This document shows positions 28,119 through 38,317 of a stretch of 64,000 nucleotides of DNA, one piece after another. The position numbers and the translations under genes were made by a program. The stretch covers positions 18,674-82,673 of the forward strand of contig DDYN01000013.1 in assembly GCA_002347965.1 (NCBI GenBank). Direction: 5' to 3'. The stretch comes from Nitrospirae bacterium UBA2233. GTDB lineage: Bacteria; UBA2233. The notes beneath the pieces were generated by a model. The model searched no databases. It was not told where the DNA came from and was given only the letters and a program-made list of their open reading frames with translations. Numbering within the stretch: position 1 is the stretch's first letter; the number at the start of each line of letters is the position of its first letter.

Positions 28119-29188
28119 GGGTCGTTGATCGCTACTTCTTCAAGGAGTACCTGAAGCTTCTTGTCGTCACCGAGCTCGCAAGCATAAGCATCTACCTGCT
28201 TGTCGATGCGCTCTCCAGGGTCGGGAATTTCCAGGGCATTCAGGGTGGGGGCATGCTGGCGTTGGAGTACTTTCTGTACAAACTTCCTCTAATGGCCTCG
28301 CAAACCCTCCCCTTGAGCTCTCTTTTGGCCGCCCTTGGCGTTTCAGGCCAGTTGGTTCGTCATAATGAGATTCTGGCCCTCGAGACGGCTGGCGTATCCC
28401 CGAGGCGGCTCCTGATTCCTTTCTTAATGGGAGGCCTGCTTATGACGCTCGCGTTGTTTGTCCTCTCGGAAGCGTTCATCCCCATTAGCTACGGCAAAGC
28501 AGGCCTCCTAAAGCAAGAGCTCAAGGTCAAGAAAGGAAAGACCATGCTGAAGGAAGGTTTTGTGTTCAAGCCCTCCAAGGACTCCTTCTGCTTTGCCAAC
28601 TTGTTTGACGTAAGGCAGGCAATTCTTTATGGTGTTACACTGGTTAAGCTCGATAAAGACTTTAACCTAAAACAACGCATCGACGTCGAACGCGTACTGT
28701 ACACTAAACAAGGCTGGATTGCCAAGAATGCCGTGCGGACTGCTTTCGAGGCTGCAGCGCTCTTCGGCAAAAAAGAAATATTGCCAAAGATGGCGCTTCC
28801 GATCCCTTTCGAGCCTAGAGAGCTAACCGACCAAAGCTTAGAACCCGAAGAGATGAACGTGCTTCGGTTAAAACGGTACATTCAAGACCAGCGGCAGCTT
28901 GGGAGAGACCCTACAAGCTTGGAGATGGATTTTCATCTAAGGTTGGCATTGCCCCTGGCCTGCCCTATCCTCATCCTTGTCGCCTTTCCAGTAGCGACGC
29001 GGTCCGCTAGGCCCTCCTTTGCGGGAACGCTCGCCTTTAGCCTTCCTTTGGGGTTCGGGTACTGGTTGCTAACATCGTTCGCCAGCTCTATGGGCCAAGC
29101 ACGCCTCCTACCCATGGGCCTTGCTGCTTGGATTAGCAACCTCTTGTTCTTGGGGGCCGGGCTGGCGCTGCTCTTAAGGCGCACATAG
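28115..29188 (+). CDS. lptG: LPS export permease LptG (YjgP/YjgQ family)
   Basis: ATGA overlap with lptF. Paralogous permease. Confidence 0.75.
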   Translation: MRVVDRYFFKEYLKLLVVTELASISIYLLVDALSRVGNFQGIQGGGMLALEYFLYKLPLMASQTLPLSSLLAALGVSGQLVRHNEILALETAGVSPRRLLIPFLMGGLLMTLALFVLSEAFIPISYGKAGLLKQELKVKKGKTMLKEGFVFKPSKDSFCFANLFDVRQAILYGVTLVKLDKDFNLKQRIDVERVLYTKQGWIAKNAVRTAFEAAALFGKKEILPKMALPIPFEPRELTDQSLEPEEMNVLRLKRYIQDQRQLGRDPTSLEMDFHLRLALPLACPILILVAFPVATRSARPSFAGTLAFSLPLGFGYWLLTSFASSMGQARLLPMGLAAWISNLLFLGAGLALLLRRT

Positions 29189-29217
29189 TCGCCCCAAAAC
29201 ACTGTAGGAGGGAAGAG

Positions 29218-30252
29218 ATGAATTTTCGTGTGTTCGTTTCCAGACCAATCCCAAAGGCATGGCTCGAGCCGCTTGTTACATCGCCAAAAATCGACTTAAG
29301 TATCCATGAAAGCACCGAAGTCCTTTCTCAAGAGGCGTGGGGGCTGGCTCTCGAGGAAGTAGACGGGGTGCTCTGCTTCGTGAACGATCGTTTGAGCCGT
29401 GCGCTACTTCAGAAAGCAGCAAAGCGCCTTAGAGTGGTTTCAAACTTTGGCGTAGGGTTTGACAACATTGACCTCGAAGCGGCAAACGAGCTTGGAATCG
29501 CCGTTACCACAACACCCAATGTACTTTCGGAGGCCACGGCGGAAATGGCCTGGGCGCTGTTGTTTGCCGTCGCCAGGCGTACCCTGGAAGGGGACAGCCT
29601 CGTTCGTTCGGGAAAGTTCCAGGGGTTCGACCCTACGCTTCTTTTAGGAATGGAAATTGCCCACAAAACCCTTGGGCTTGTCGGGGCAGGAAAAATCGCA
29701 ACCCGAATGGCTACGATCGCAAATGGGTTTTCGCTGAAGCTCTTATACTGCGCAACCAGACGTAGCGCCGTCTTAGAAGAAGGACTCGATGCAACGCGCC
29801 TAAGCCTAGAAGAGACGCTTAAAAGCGCAGACTTTCTTTCTTTGCACGTTCCGCTCACGGGTGCAACCCGGCATCTGATCGATGCCAAGGCACTGGCCCT
29901 GATGCAGCCGCACGCCATCCTCATCAACACCTCCAGGGGCGAGGTAGTCGACGAACAGGCCCTAATCGAGGCGCTCAAAGCAAAAAAAATCGCCGGGGCA
30001 GGCCTAGACGTCTACGAGCACGAGCCTTTCGTCCCCGAGGCGCTAAAAAACCTAAAAAACGTCGTCCTTACGCCCCACATAGGCTCCGCCACTTTCGAGG
30101 CGCGCAGGCGTATGGGACTTCTGGCAAGCCAAAACATTCTAGACGTCCTTCACGGAGAGATTCCGGCATCCTGCGTGAACCATGCCGCGCTCTCGCTTAG
30201 GCTTACGTCCCTTGCTGCCAGTCGGCCAAGTAGCGCTGCTGGGCCTGGGTAA
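29218..30252 (+). CDS. D-isomer-specific 2-hydroxyacid dehydrogenase (glyoxylate/hydroxypyruvate reductase-like)
   Basis: GGAGGGAAG RBS. NAD-binding GxGxxA(x17)D fold and catalytic R/E/H residues. Confidence 0.8.
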   Translation: MNFRVFVSRPIPKAWLEPLVTSPKIDLSIHESTEVLSQEAWGLALEEVDGVLCFVNDRLSRALLQKAAKRLRVVSNFGVGFDNIDLEAANELGIAVTTTPNVLSEATAEMAWALLFAVARRTLEGDSLVRSGKFQGFDPTLLLGMEIAHKTLGLVGAGKIATRMATIANGFSLKLLYCATRRSAVLEEGLDATRLSLEETLKSADFLSLHVPLTGATRHLIDAKALALMQPHAILINTSRGEVVDEQALIEALKAKKIAGAGLDVYEHEPFVPEALKNLKNVVLTPHIGSATFEARRRMGLLASQNILDVLHGEIPASCVNHAALSLRLTSLAASRPSSAAGPG

Positions 30253-31534
30253 GGGAATCAATCCGAACGCCCATCGAACCAAGCTTTAACGTCGCGATGG
30301 CCGCGTCTAACGCCTCCGGTAAGGAATGCACTTCTTGGCTAAGGCGGCCTCTGTCTTTTTTGAGCGTTTCCACGGCCAGGGCCTGGCCTGCAAAGCTCAT
30401 GTCCATTACTTCCGCAGGATGGCCCTCGGCGCATGCAAGGTTAGCCAGCCTTCCGTCTGCAAGCACGAAGACAGTCCTTGCGTTTTCAAGCGTGTAGCTC
30501 TTGATGAGCGGTTTGACTTGCTTGACTTCTTTTGCTAGTTCCTCGAGGGCCTTTATGTCGATCTCGACGTCAAAATGTCCGGCGTTGGCAAGCATGGCCC
30601 CTTCCTTCATCCTAAGGAAGTGCTCCTCGCGGATTACGTCGCGATCGCCCGTAACTGTCACGAAAATATCGCCGATGCTTGCTGCCTCTTCCATGGGACA
30701 TACGACAAACCCGTCCATTGCGGCCTCAATCGCACGGACAGGGTCAACCTCCGTGACGACTACCTGGGAGCCCATGCCTTTGGCCCGCATCGCCACGCCT
30801 TTTCCGCAATACCCGTACCCGCATACAACGAAGCATTTTCCGGCAAGCAACTCGTTCGACGCCCGCATAATTCCGTCGATCGTACTTTGGCCCGTTCCGT
30901 AGCGGTTGTCGAACAAATGCTTCGTTTTGGCCTCGTTCACGGCGATTACCGGAAACGGGAGCACCTTAGCGGCAGCCATCGCCTTTAACCGGACAACGCC
31001 CGTCGTCGTCTCCTCCGTTCCGCCCAAAAACCCCGCCTTCAGCCTAGCTATCCCATCTTTGCCAAAGTGCCCCTTCAAGGACTGCAACGCGGGGGGCAAG
31101 CGATCCCAAAGGCCTTGGAACAGCATCACGAGCGCGCTCGTCAAGTCCGCTCCGTCGTCCACAGTAACGTGCGGCTCAAAGGCGATGGCCCTTCGAATGT
31201 GCTCGTAATACAGGTCAGAACTCTCTCCTTTGACGGCGAACACGCCAATGCCGGAATCGGCCACGAGGCTTGCCGCCACGTCGTCTTGCGTGCTCAAGGG
31301 GTTCGACGCGCAAGCGATAACTTCGGCCCCCCCCGCCTTCAACGCCTTAAGCAGGTTTGCCGTCTCGCTCGTAATATGCAAGCAACAAGCTACCCTTAAC
31401 CCATCGAGCGTCCTTTCTTTGGCGTAGCGCTCGGCAATCGTCCGAACGACTGGCATCTTGCGGCCAGCCCACGAAATCCGCTCGCCTCCCCTAGTATTAA
31501 GCGACAGGTCTGCCACGTCATGGGCAACGCCCAT
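30203..31534 (-). CDS. ahcY: Adenosylhomocysteinase
   Basis: 443 aa with SAHH signatures (CLHITSETANL, NPLSTQDDV, NAD-binding GYGxxGKG). Confidence 0.9.
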   Translation of the reverse strand: MGVAHDVADLSLNTRGGERISWAGRKMPVVRTIAERYAKERTLDGLRVACCLHITSETANLLKALKAGGAEVIACASNPLSTQDDVAASLVADSGIGVFAVKGESSDLYYEHIRRAIAFEPHVTVDDGADLTSALVMLFQGLWDRLPPALQSLKGHFGKDGIARLKAGFLGGTEETTTGVVRLKAMAAAKVLPFPVIAVNEAKTKHLFDNRYGTGQSTIDGIMRASNELLAGKCFVVCGYGYCGKGVAMRAKGMGSQVVVTEVDPVRAIEAAMDGFVVCPMEEAASIGDIFVTVTGDRDVIREEHFLRMKEGAMLANAGHFDVEIDIKALEELAKEVKQVKPLIKSYTLENARTVFVLADGRLANLACAEGHPAEVMDMSFAGQALAVETLKKDRGRLSQEVHSLPEALDAAIATLKLGSMGVRIDSLTQAQQRYLADWQQGT

Positions 31535-31583
31535 AAAGACTCCTTTCGGTGTATGAATGATCTCTGGGTTTACGGTTTATTGC

Positions 31584-32417
31584 CTACTTATCAGAAGGAA
31601 TTTGGATCATTGGGACCAGGTCCTTACTGAAAGGCATGATGAGCACGGTGTTGTTCGGCGAGTCGATCAGCGCATGGAGCGCGTCTATATACTTCCACTG
31701 TAGGTAGCGGGGGTTGAGGGATCCTCCGATAATTTCCTGTGCAGAAGCAATTCCTTTGGCTTCGAGCTGTTTTCTTTCGGCCTCCTGGGATTCTTTTTGG
31801 ATAACGTAGCGCATTCGCTCGGCTTCCTGCATTGACTGGATTTTGGCCTCGATCGACTTGACTACGTTCTCAGGAAGCGCGATGTCCCGAATCAGAATCT
31901 CTCTGACCTCCACGCCCTCCTGGGCAACCTTGTCGCGCACTCGCTCGTCCAAGGCCCGCTGAAACTCGCCACGCTTTTGGTAGATGGCCGAGGCATCGAA
32001 GAGCGTGCCCACGTCCCTCGCGATCGAACGAACCAACGGGACCACGAGCCTCTCGTCCCACACCTTCCCGTATTTAACGTACACTTCCGCCGCCTGGGTA
32101 TCCTTGAGCTGATACAGGACGGTTAGCTCCATCGTGACTTTCAGCCCGTCGTTGGTCAGCGCAGATATGATGTTCGCGCCGGTAAAGTCGGCACGCCTCA
32201 CGCGGACCTCTAGCCTGTCAATACTCGTCACGCCAGGAAGGAAGAAGTGCAACCCGGGATTGAGCTCTTTCGTGTCCACCTTGCCGAGCGTTTTTTTGAT
32301 TCCGACCTCCCCGCTCGGAACAGTCGTGCAGCCAAAGGACGCAAGCATACCGAAAGCAATGGCTCCGGCCGCAAGCTTACCAAGCCCGCTACCAACGAAT
32401 CTCACAGGCAAATCCAT
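31584..32417 (-). CDS. SPFH/band-7 (prohibitin-like) membrane protein
   Basis: An N-terminal signal/anchor with a possible lipobox, followed by an SPFH domain and a coiled-coil tail. Confidence 0.8.
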   Translation of the reverse strand: MDLPVRFVGSGLGKLAAGAIAFGMLASFGCTTVPSGEVGIKKTLGKVDTKELNPGLHFFLPGVTSIDRLEVRVRRADFTGANIISALTNDGLKVTMELTVLYQLKDTQAAEVYVKYGKVWDERLVVPLVRSIARDVGTLFDASAIYQKRGEFQRALDERVRDKVAQEGVEVREILIRDIALPENVVKSIEAKIQSMQEAERMRYVIQKESQEAERKQLEAKGIASAQEIIGGSLNPRYLQWKYIDALHALIDSPNNTVLIMPFSKDLVPMIQIPSDK

Positions 32418-33097
32418 TACTTCGCCCCTTCTTTCGGGACGATCACGATCTCGACCCGTCGGTTCATCGCACGACCCTCCGGCGTGGCGTTGCTCGCAAT
32501 CGGCTGGCTTGAACCAAACCCCTGGATCACCATCCTGGAGCGGCCCACGCCGTTTGTCGCGAGCATGCTCGCGACAGACTCGGCCCGACTTTCGGAAAGC
32601 GTTTGGTTGAAGGCCTCGGAGCCCGTCGAATCGGTATGTCCATGGATTCTTACGACCGTCTCAGGATACTTGTTCAGGATTTGCGCGATGTCGGCAATCG
32701 TGGTGTAGGCCCCAGGTTTTAACTCGGCCGAGCCTGTATCGAACATAAGCTGGTCTTTGACGCGCACCACGAGGTTCTGGCCCTGCTCTTCGACCTTGAT
32801 CTGGTCGGTCTTTGCCTCTATACGCTTCAGTTCTTCTTTTTGCTTGCCCATGTAATGGCCGAGCACCCCCCCGATTACGGCACCCGTACCGGCTCCAACG
32901 GCCGCACCCGTACCGGCATGCCCCCCTAAGCTGCCGAGCGCCGCACCAGTACCGGCACCTAGGAGTCCCCCAAGGCCTGCACCCTTGCCCTCCGAAGAAG
33001 TCGCGGTTTTCTTGATCGTTTCGCACCCTGAAAGCGCAACGCACAGGCAGAATACGCACGCCACCGCCCGCTTACCCTGAAAAGCGCGTCCAATCAT
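32417..33097 (-). CDS. OmpA-family lipoprotein with an N-terminal glycine-zipper region
   Basis: Lipobox LSGC. Gly-zipper GAGLGGLLGAGTGAALG. A C-terminal OmpA_C-like domain (HTDSTGS...NQTLSESRA). Its TAA stop overlaps the downstream ATG. Confidence 0.8.
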   Translation of the reverse strand: MIGRAFQGKRAVACVFCLCVALSGCETIKKTATSSEGKGAGLGGLLGAGTGAALGSLGGHAGTGAAVGAGTGAVIGGVLGHYMGKQKEELKRIEAKTDQIKVEEQGQNLVVRVKDQLMFDTGSAELKPGAYTTIADIAQILNKYPETVVRIHGHTDSTGSEAFNQTLSESRAESVASMLATNGVGRSRMVIQGFGSSQPIASNATPEGRAMNRRVEIVIVPKEGAK

Positions 33098-33238
33098 TTT
33101 GTTACCCCCCTTCTATCCCATCCAACATCCGCTGTCCGACAAAATGTATACCTTAACATCTAGCCGTGGTATGCTAGCATTCTTAGATCCATGCTAGCAC
33201 GAGCCAAGGTTGGGGTCAACGAAAGGAGGAGAAAGCCT

Positions 33239-34594
33239 GTGCTGATCGAGAAAGGGGCGGACAAAATCATCAAGGTGTTGCGCGTACTCATACCCGATAG
33301 GCCCGGCTCACTCGGGCGCATTTTGTACGCGATCGGCGAGCAGGGCGCCCATATTGGGGACATCTTACGGGTGCGTTTCGGAATCACGCACAACGTCAGA
33401 GACATAGAGGTATACCTAGAGTCTGAAGATCACCTCGAACGAGTACTCGCCGGAATCGGCACGCTAGAGGGCGTGATCATAGAGGAGGTGTACGACCCCG
33501 TGCTTTCCATGCATAAGGGCGGCAAGATCAAGACGATGAGCAAGATCGTCGTGGACGGCATCGCCAACCTGCGCAAGGTGTATACCCCTGGCGTGGCCAA
33601 GGTATGCAGAGAAATTGTCAGGGAACCGGACAATTTCGAGATCTACACGTGGACTCAGAACACCGTCGCAATCGTAACGAATGGTACGGCCGTCCTTGGG
33701 CTTGGCGACATCGGAGTTCGGGCCTCGTTGCCGGTAATGGAGGGAAAAGCCGTCCTCTTGGATCAGCTAGTGGGATTAAGCGGTATCCCCATCCTTATTC
33801 CTCACAAGGATCCGGATACGTTCGTAAACGCCGTCCTTGCCATCCACGAAAGCTTCGGGGCCATCAACCTTGAAGACATCGCGGCCCCTGCTTGTTTCGA
33901 GATCGAGGACAGGCTGATCGCTTCCGGCATCGAAAAGCCCGTAATGCACGACGACCAGCACGGGACGGGGGTCGTCGTTTTGGCGAGCCTTTTGAACGCG
34001 AGCAAGTACGCGGGCGTCTCGCTAAAGAACGAAACGATCGGGCTGATCGGGCTCGGTGCGGCCGGGATGGGTATCGCCAAGCTCTTGCATGCCTACGGCG
34101 TCAAGCGGATCATCGGATGCGACCTCTCTTCGCAGGCAATGGAGCTGTTCGAAAGGACCATTCAAGGTTCGACGGCCAACCTCGAGGAGCTCATGCGCTC
34201 GGCCAAGATTATTATCTCAACGACAGGACAAAAGGGGTTGATCAAGCCGGAAATGGTCCAGCCCGGTCAGGTCATCCTGGCGCTGTCGAACCCCGACCCT
34301 GAAATCCGCCCTGAAGATGCGACGTCTGCTGGCGCGAGGTTTGCCGCAGACGGCAGGAGCGTAAACAACGCGGTAGCCTATCCGGCAATCTACAAAGGGG
34401 CGCTCGCCGCGAGGGCCAGACGAATCGGAAACAGGATGAAGATCGAGGCCGCCAAGACGATCGCGTCGTTCGCCGAGGAGGGCGAAATCCTCCCATCCGT
34501 CCTCAACAAGGCCATGCACGAGGCGACCGCCAGAACGATCGAGCGAACGGCCTACGAATCCGGGCTTGCGAGGGTCATAAAAGAAGAGAGCTAG
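33239..34594 (+). CDS. NAD(P)-dependent malic enzyme with an N-terminal ACT domain
   Basis: GTG at 33239 with an AAGGAGGAG RBS. ACT domain, then malic-enzyme N-terminal and NAD-binding domains. Confidence 0.85.
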   Translation: MLIEKGADKIIKVLRVLIPDRPGSLGRILYAIGEQGAHIGDILRVRFGITHNVRDIEVYLESEDHLERVLAGIGTLEGVIIEEVYDPVLSMHKGGKIKTMSKIVVDGIANLRKVYTPGVAKVCREIVREPDNFEIYTWTQNTVAIVTNGTAVLGLGDIGVRASLPVMEGKAVLLDQLVGLSGIPILIPHKDPDTFVNAVLAIHESFGAINLEDIAAPACFEIEDRLIASGIEKPVMHDDQHGTGVVVLASLLNASKYAGVSLKNETIGLIGLGAAGMGIAKLLHAYGVKRIIGCDLSSQAMELFERTIQGSTANLEELMRSAKIIISTTGQKGLIKPEMVQPGQVILALSNPDPEIRPEDATSAGARFAADGRSVNNAVAYPAIYKGALAARARRIGNRMKIEAAKTIASFAEEGEILPSVLNKAMHEATARTIERTAYESGLARVIKEES

Positions 34595-35454
34595 AGGTTC
34601 TTTAGCCGTTCCCTCAAGAACTCAATCAAGGGTTCGCCGACATCGGGCCGTTTGATCGCGTAGGCAAAAACAGCCTTCACGAACTCAAGCCTGTTGCCCG
34701 CGTCAAACCGCTCGCCCTCGATCAGACAGCCTACTAGCCCGTTGGTGCGCGCTTCGATCTCAAGGGCGTCGGTAAGCTGAATTTCGCCGGTTGAACCGTG
34801 GGGCTCGAGATCTTTCAGGGCATGCATGACGCTTTGGTTTAGGACATACCGGCCGACGATGGCCAGGTTCGAGGGTGCCTTCTCTGCAGACGGCTTTTCG
34901 ACTACGCCTTCGATCTCTACGGTCGTTCCTTCATGGCTCCCTACGGAAACAATGCCAAATTTGTGAATATCCTCTCTAGGAACTTCCTTGAGCGCGACCA
35001 CGCTCTTACCGGTACGATTGTGAACCTCGATCAACTGCCCGATGGCGGACTTTTTTGCATCGACAAGGTCGTCTCCGAGGATCACGGCAAACGGCCCTTC
35101 TCCGACGACATGCCGGGCGCAGTACACGGCATGGCCGAGCCCTAGGGGCTTTTTCTGCCGGACAGCGATCGTCTCAACAAGGCCCGCGATGCGTTGCACT
35201 TGCTCCAAGAGGTCTTTTTTGCCCTTGGATCCTAGCTCGAACTCGAGCTCCGGGGCGTAGTCGAAGTAGTCCTCAAGAGCGCTTTTGCCCCTGGCCGTGA
35301 TGAACACAACCGACTGAATCCCGGCCTGGAGAGCCTCTTCGACAATCAAATGAATAACCGGCGTATCCACGACCGGCAAGAGTTCTTTTGGAACGGCCTT
35401 GGTAAACGGTAAGAAGCGTGTTCCCAACCCTGCGCACGGGATGATGGCCTTCAT
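34591..35454 (-). CDS. galU: UTP--glucose-1-phosphate uridylyltransferase
   Basis: KAIIPCAGLGTRFLP and VEKP motifs. ATG at 35454 with an AGGGGA RBS. Confidence 0.9.
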   Translation of the reverse strand: MKAIIPCAGLGTRFLPFTKAVPKELLPVVDTPVIHLIVEEALQAGIQSVVFITARGKSALEDYFDYAPELEFELGSKGKKDLLEQVQRIAGLVETIAVRQKKPLGLGHAVYCARHVVGEGPFAVILGDDLVDAKKSAIGQLIEVHNRTGKSVVALKEVPREDIHKFGIVSVGSHEGTTVEIEGVVEKPSAEKAPSNLAIVGRYVLNQSVMHALKDLEPHGSTGEIQLTDALEIEARTNGLVGCLIEGERFDAGNRLEFVKAVFAYAIKRPDVGEPLIEFLRERLKNL

Positions 35455-35605
35455 GGTTCCCCTCGCCATAACTCAGTATGTTGCGTAGTACCTCTCCATA
35501 AAGTACGCGTTCTTCATGGCGTAGCGCAACCCTTGCCCTTTTCAAGCCTGCAAGGATTGCGTATCGTAAGATGAAGAAAGAATCGAAACGGACTTGAAAA
35601 GAACC

Positions 35606-36556
35606 ATGAAACCTCTTTCGACATGGCTCGCCAAAAAGCTAGTCAGCAACAAACGGGGCGACCCAGAGGCGCTGAGCCGTATCGCTGCCATCATGACCAT
35701 TGTCGTAAATCTCGCTTTGTTCATGGCAAAGCTCTTTACGGGAATCACCATCGCCAGCATGGCGCTCGTTGCGGACAGCCTGGATTCGCTGTTCGACGTG
35801 CTTATCGCGGGTGTTATGTGGTTCGGCTTCCGGGTTGCCTTCAAGCCTGCGGATTCAGAACACCCTTTCGGCCATGGCCGGTTCGAGCACGTGGCCACGC
35901 TTATCCTGGCAATGCTCCTGACCTTGACTGGCATCTCGATCGCTTATGCGAGCATTCAAAGGTTGAGCGGGGAACCAAAAATTCAGCTTACAGACTGGGC
36001 CTTGTTCGTTATCGTCATAAACGTTCTGCTAAAGCTCTTTCTCGTTCGGTTCTCCATGAGGCTTAACCTTGAGATCGAAAGTGGCACCATCGAGGCAAAC
36101 GTGTGGAACCTGTTCGGAGACGTACTGTCCTCTTTGGTCGTGCTTGTTTCCCTCCTGGTTTACCGCTTTACTGGTTTTCCTCACTTGGACGCCTGCGCAA
36201 GCCTCCTTATCTCCGCCATGATCTTGAGCGTTGCCGTGAAGTTCTTCAAAGAAGCCTCTTCTACCCTCATGGGAAAGGCTGTCCACACAGAAGACGTCGA
36301 ACGTATCCGAAGAATCGCGGAAGGTACCAAAGGGGTGAAGGGCGTACATGAGATTGTATGGCACAGCTACGGCAGGAAGCACGTCGTGTCGATGCACTTG
36401 GAGATCGATAAGAACCTTACAGTTGGGAAGGCTCACCGGATCACCCAGGAGGTTGAACGCAGCATCCTGGGCACGCAACGGCACATTCAAAGCCTCGTTA
36501 TCCACGTAGACCCTGCCACGGAAGGAGGTTGCTCCAAGGGTACCGCCTCTTCCTGA
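35606..36556 (+). CDS. Cation diffusion facilitator (CDF) family transporter
   Basis: 6 TM helices with HxxxD-type sites and a C-terminal cytoplasmic domain. Confidence 0.85.
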   Translation: MKPLSTWLAKKLVSNKRGDPEALSRIAAIMTIVVNLALFMAKLFTGITIASMALVADSLDSLFDVLIAGVMWFGFRVAFKPADSEHPFGHGRFEHVATLILAMLLTLTGISIAYASIQRLSGEPKIQLTDWALFVIVINVLLKLFLVRFSMRLNLEIESGTIEANVWNLFGDVLSSLVVLVSLLVYRFTGFPHLDACASLLISAMILSVAVKFFKEASSTLMGKAVHTEDVERIRRIAEGTKGVKGVHEIVWHSYGRKHVVSMHLEIDKNLTVGKAHRITQEVERSILGTQRHIQSLVIHVDPATEGGCSKGTASS

Positions 36557-37485
36557 GGAAAAGGAGAAAGGCCGAGCGCTTCGAGCGCCAAGAAGGCCGC
36601 ACCCATCTCGGGCGGGAACAGCGGTTGCACCGGTTTTGCGTCCGGAAACCTGCTCTTTACGGTTCTCAGGAACATCTCAAGAAACGCCTCGTTCCTAAAG
36701 AGGCCGCCTGCCGTCGCGAAAGAAAACGCCTCTTGCAGTTGTAGCTTTCGAACGAGCGCTTCGAGCGCTCGCAAAAGATCTTGAGCCCCTTCCAGCACAA
36801 TCCTTTCTGCGACCATATCGCCCTCGAACCCTAACGAAAGGACCTCCGGGGCAAACCGCGCAATCACGTCAACCCTCGAACGGCTCCGGTATACCAAGGG
36901 AAGAACGCCCGAGGGGTCCTCGATGCAGTAGAACGTCATGAGGGCTTGGGGCAGACGCGTTTCAGGCCCTGTCCCGTCTACACTTCGCAGCGCCGCCCGT
37001 ATTCCCTTCCTGCCCAAGTCAAACCCGCTGCCTTCGTCGCCAAGAAGAAACCCGAAACCTCCCGTCCGCCCGGCCTGCCCCTTGGCATTCCTCCCTAACA
37101 CCACCGAACCAGTACCTGCTATGACGAGCACGCCAGGGTTTCCGGCGAACGCCCCCAGAAGGGCAACGCTCGCATCCGTGTGGGTGAGTACGACAGGGGA
37201 TCCCTCAAGGCCCCTACGGACGAGCGCCTCAAGCCTATGCTTCCTTCGGTTCGCCTCTAGGCCTGCTATCCCAAGACAGACAGCGCGGATTACGGGACTA
37301 AAAGACGCCAGAGGAGTAAGGGCTTCCGAGAGTGCCCGGTTGAATGCCAAAAAAAACCCCCCCAAGCCCACGATGTTCGGGTTGGCAGGGCCCGCCAACG
37401 ACACGCTCAAGGGCCTTGCGTACAGGTCGGCGACAACGCAGGCGGTTTTCGAGGCCCCCATATCCAGCCCGACTACGACGTCCAT
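36487..37485 (-). CDS. BadF/BadG/BcrA/BcrD-type ATPase (N-acetylglucosamine kinase-like)
   Basis: GLDMGASKT phosphate-1 motif and an AGTGS motif. ATG at 37485. Confidence 0.7.
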   Translation of the reverse strand: MDVVVGLDMGASKTACVVADLYARPLSVSLAGPANPNIVGLGGFFLAFNRALSEALTPLASFSPVIRAVCLGIAGLEANRRKHRLEALVRRGLEGSPVVLTHTDASVALLGAFAGNPGVLVIAGTGSVVLGRNAKGQAGRTGGFGFLLGDEGSGFDLGRKGIRAALRSVDGTGPETRLPQALMTFYCIEDPSGVLPLVYRSRSRVDVIARFAPEVLSLGFEGDMVAERIVLEGAQDLLRALEALVRKLQLQEAFSFATAGGLFRNEAFLEMFLRTVKSRFPDAKPVQPLFPPEMGAAFLALEALGLSPFPQEEAVPLEQPPSVAGSTWITRL

Positions 37486-37492
37486 CGCCCGC

Positions 37493-38317
37493 TCAAACCC
37501 GGACGGAGCGCACCATCCCGAGCGCGCTACGGATCTCGAAGGCAAGCTCCTCGATGGATTTATGGGTTACATCGAGCATCCGCCATCTTCGATGGCGTCG
37601 GCAGATTTCTTCAAACTCGTGGACCTCCGACGTCACGCGCTCTGGGTCTACGTACTCGCGCGGCAACGTGTAGGCCCTGGCCATCACCCTGGCCTTCCTG
37701 CGCTCGATCAAGATTTCGACGGCTATCGTTAAGGCAAAAACTTTCTTTGGGTCTAGCGTAAGAAGCTTTTCAGAAAGCGGCACCTCCGGCACGTACGGAA
37801 CGTTCGCCGTCTTCATTCCCAGGCATGCGAGGTACATCGAAAGCGGGGTTTTCGAGGTTCGTGAAGGGCCCACGAGTACCGCATCTGTTTCGTCGAGCGA
37901 TTCAACGCCGGCTCCGTCATCATGCGCGATGGTAAACTCGATCGCGTTGATCCTGTCGAAGTAGTGGTTGTCCATACGGTACAAAAGCCCTGCCTTCTGC
38001 TCTGGCTCTTCATGGAGGTAGTCCCGAAGCGTAGACAGCATAGAGCCCATCAAGTCGGCATAAAGAATAGGCTTTCCCTTGGCCAACGTAACAAACGCCT
38101 CGCGAAGGTTCTTTTGTACGAACGTAAACACCACGAGTCCCCGGACTTTGCTGGCCTCCTCAATAAGTCGCTGAACCTGCTCGAGCGTCCGCGTCCTTGG
38201 GACTCGTATCATATCGACCGCATGATCACCCAAATCAAACTGGACCAAGCAAGCCCTTAGGACTTTCTCGGCCGTGTCTCCGGTGGCATCGGACACGAGG
38301 AACACGGGCTTTTTCAT
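37493..38317 (-). CDS. PEP synthase / PPDK regulatory protein (kinase/pyrophosphorylase, DUF299)
   Basis: P-loop GPSRTSKTPLS motif. ATGA overlap with the mpl stop. Confidence 0.85.
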   Translation of the reverse strand: MKKPVFLVSDATGDTAEKVLRACLVQFDLGDHAVDMIRVPRTRTLEQVQRLIEEASKVRGLVVFTFVQKNLREAFVTLAKGKPILYADLMGSMLSTLRDYLHEEPEQKAGLLYRMDNHYFDRINAIEFTIAHDDGAGVESLDETDAVLVGPSRTSKTPLSMYLACLGMKTANVPYVPEVPLSEKLLTLDPKKVFALTIAVEILIERRKARVMARAYTLPREYVDPERVTSEVHEFEEICRRHRRWRMLDVTHKSIEELAFEIRSALGMVRSVRV

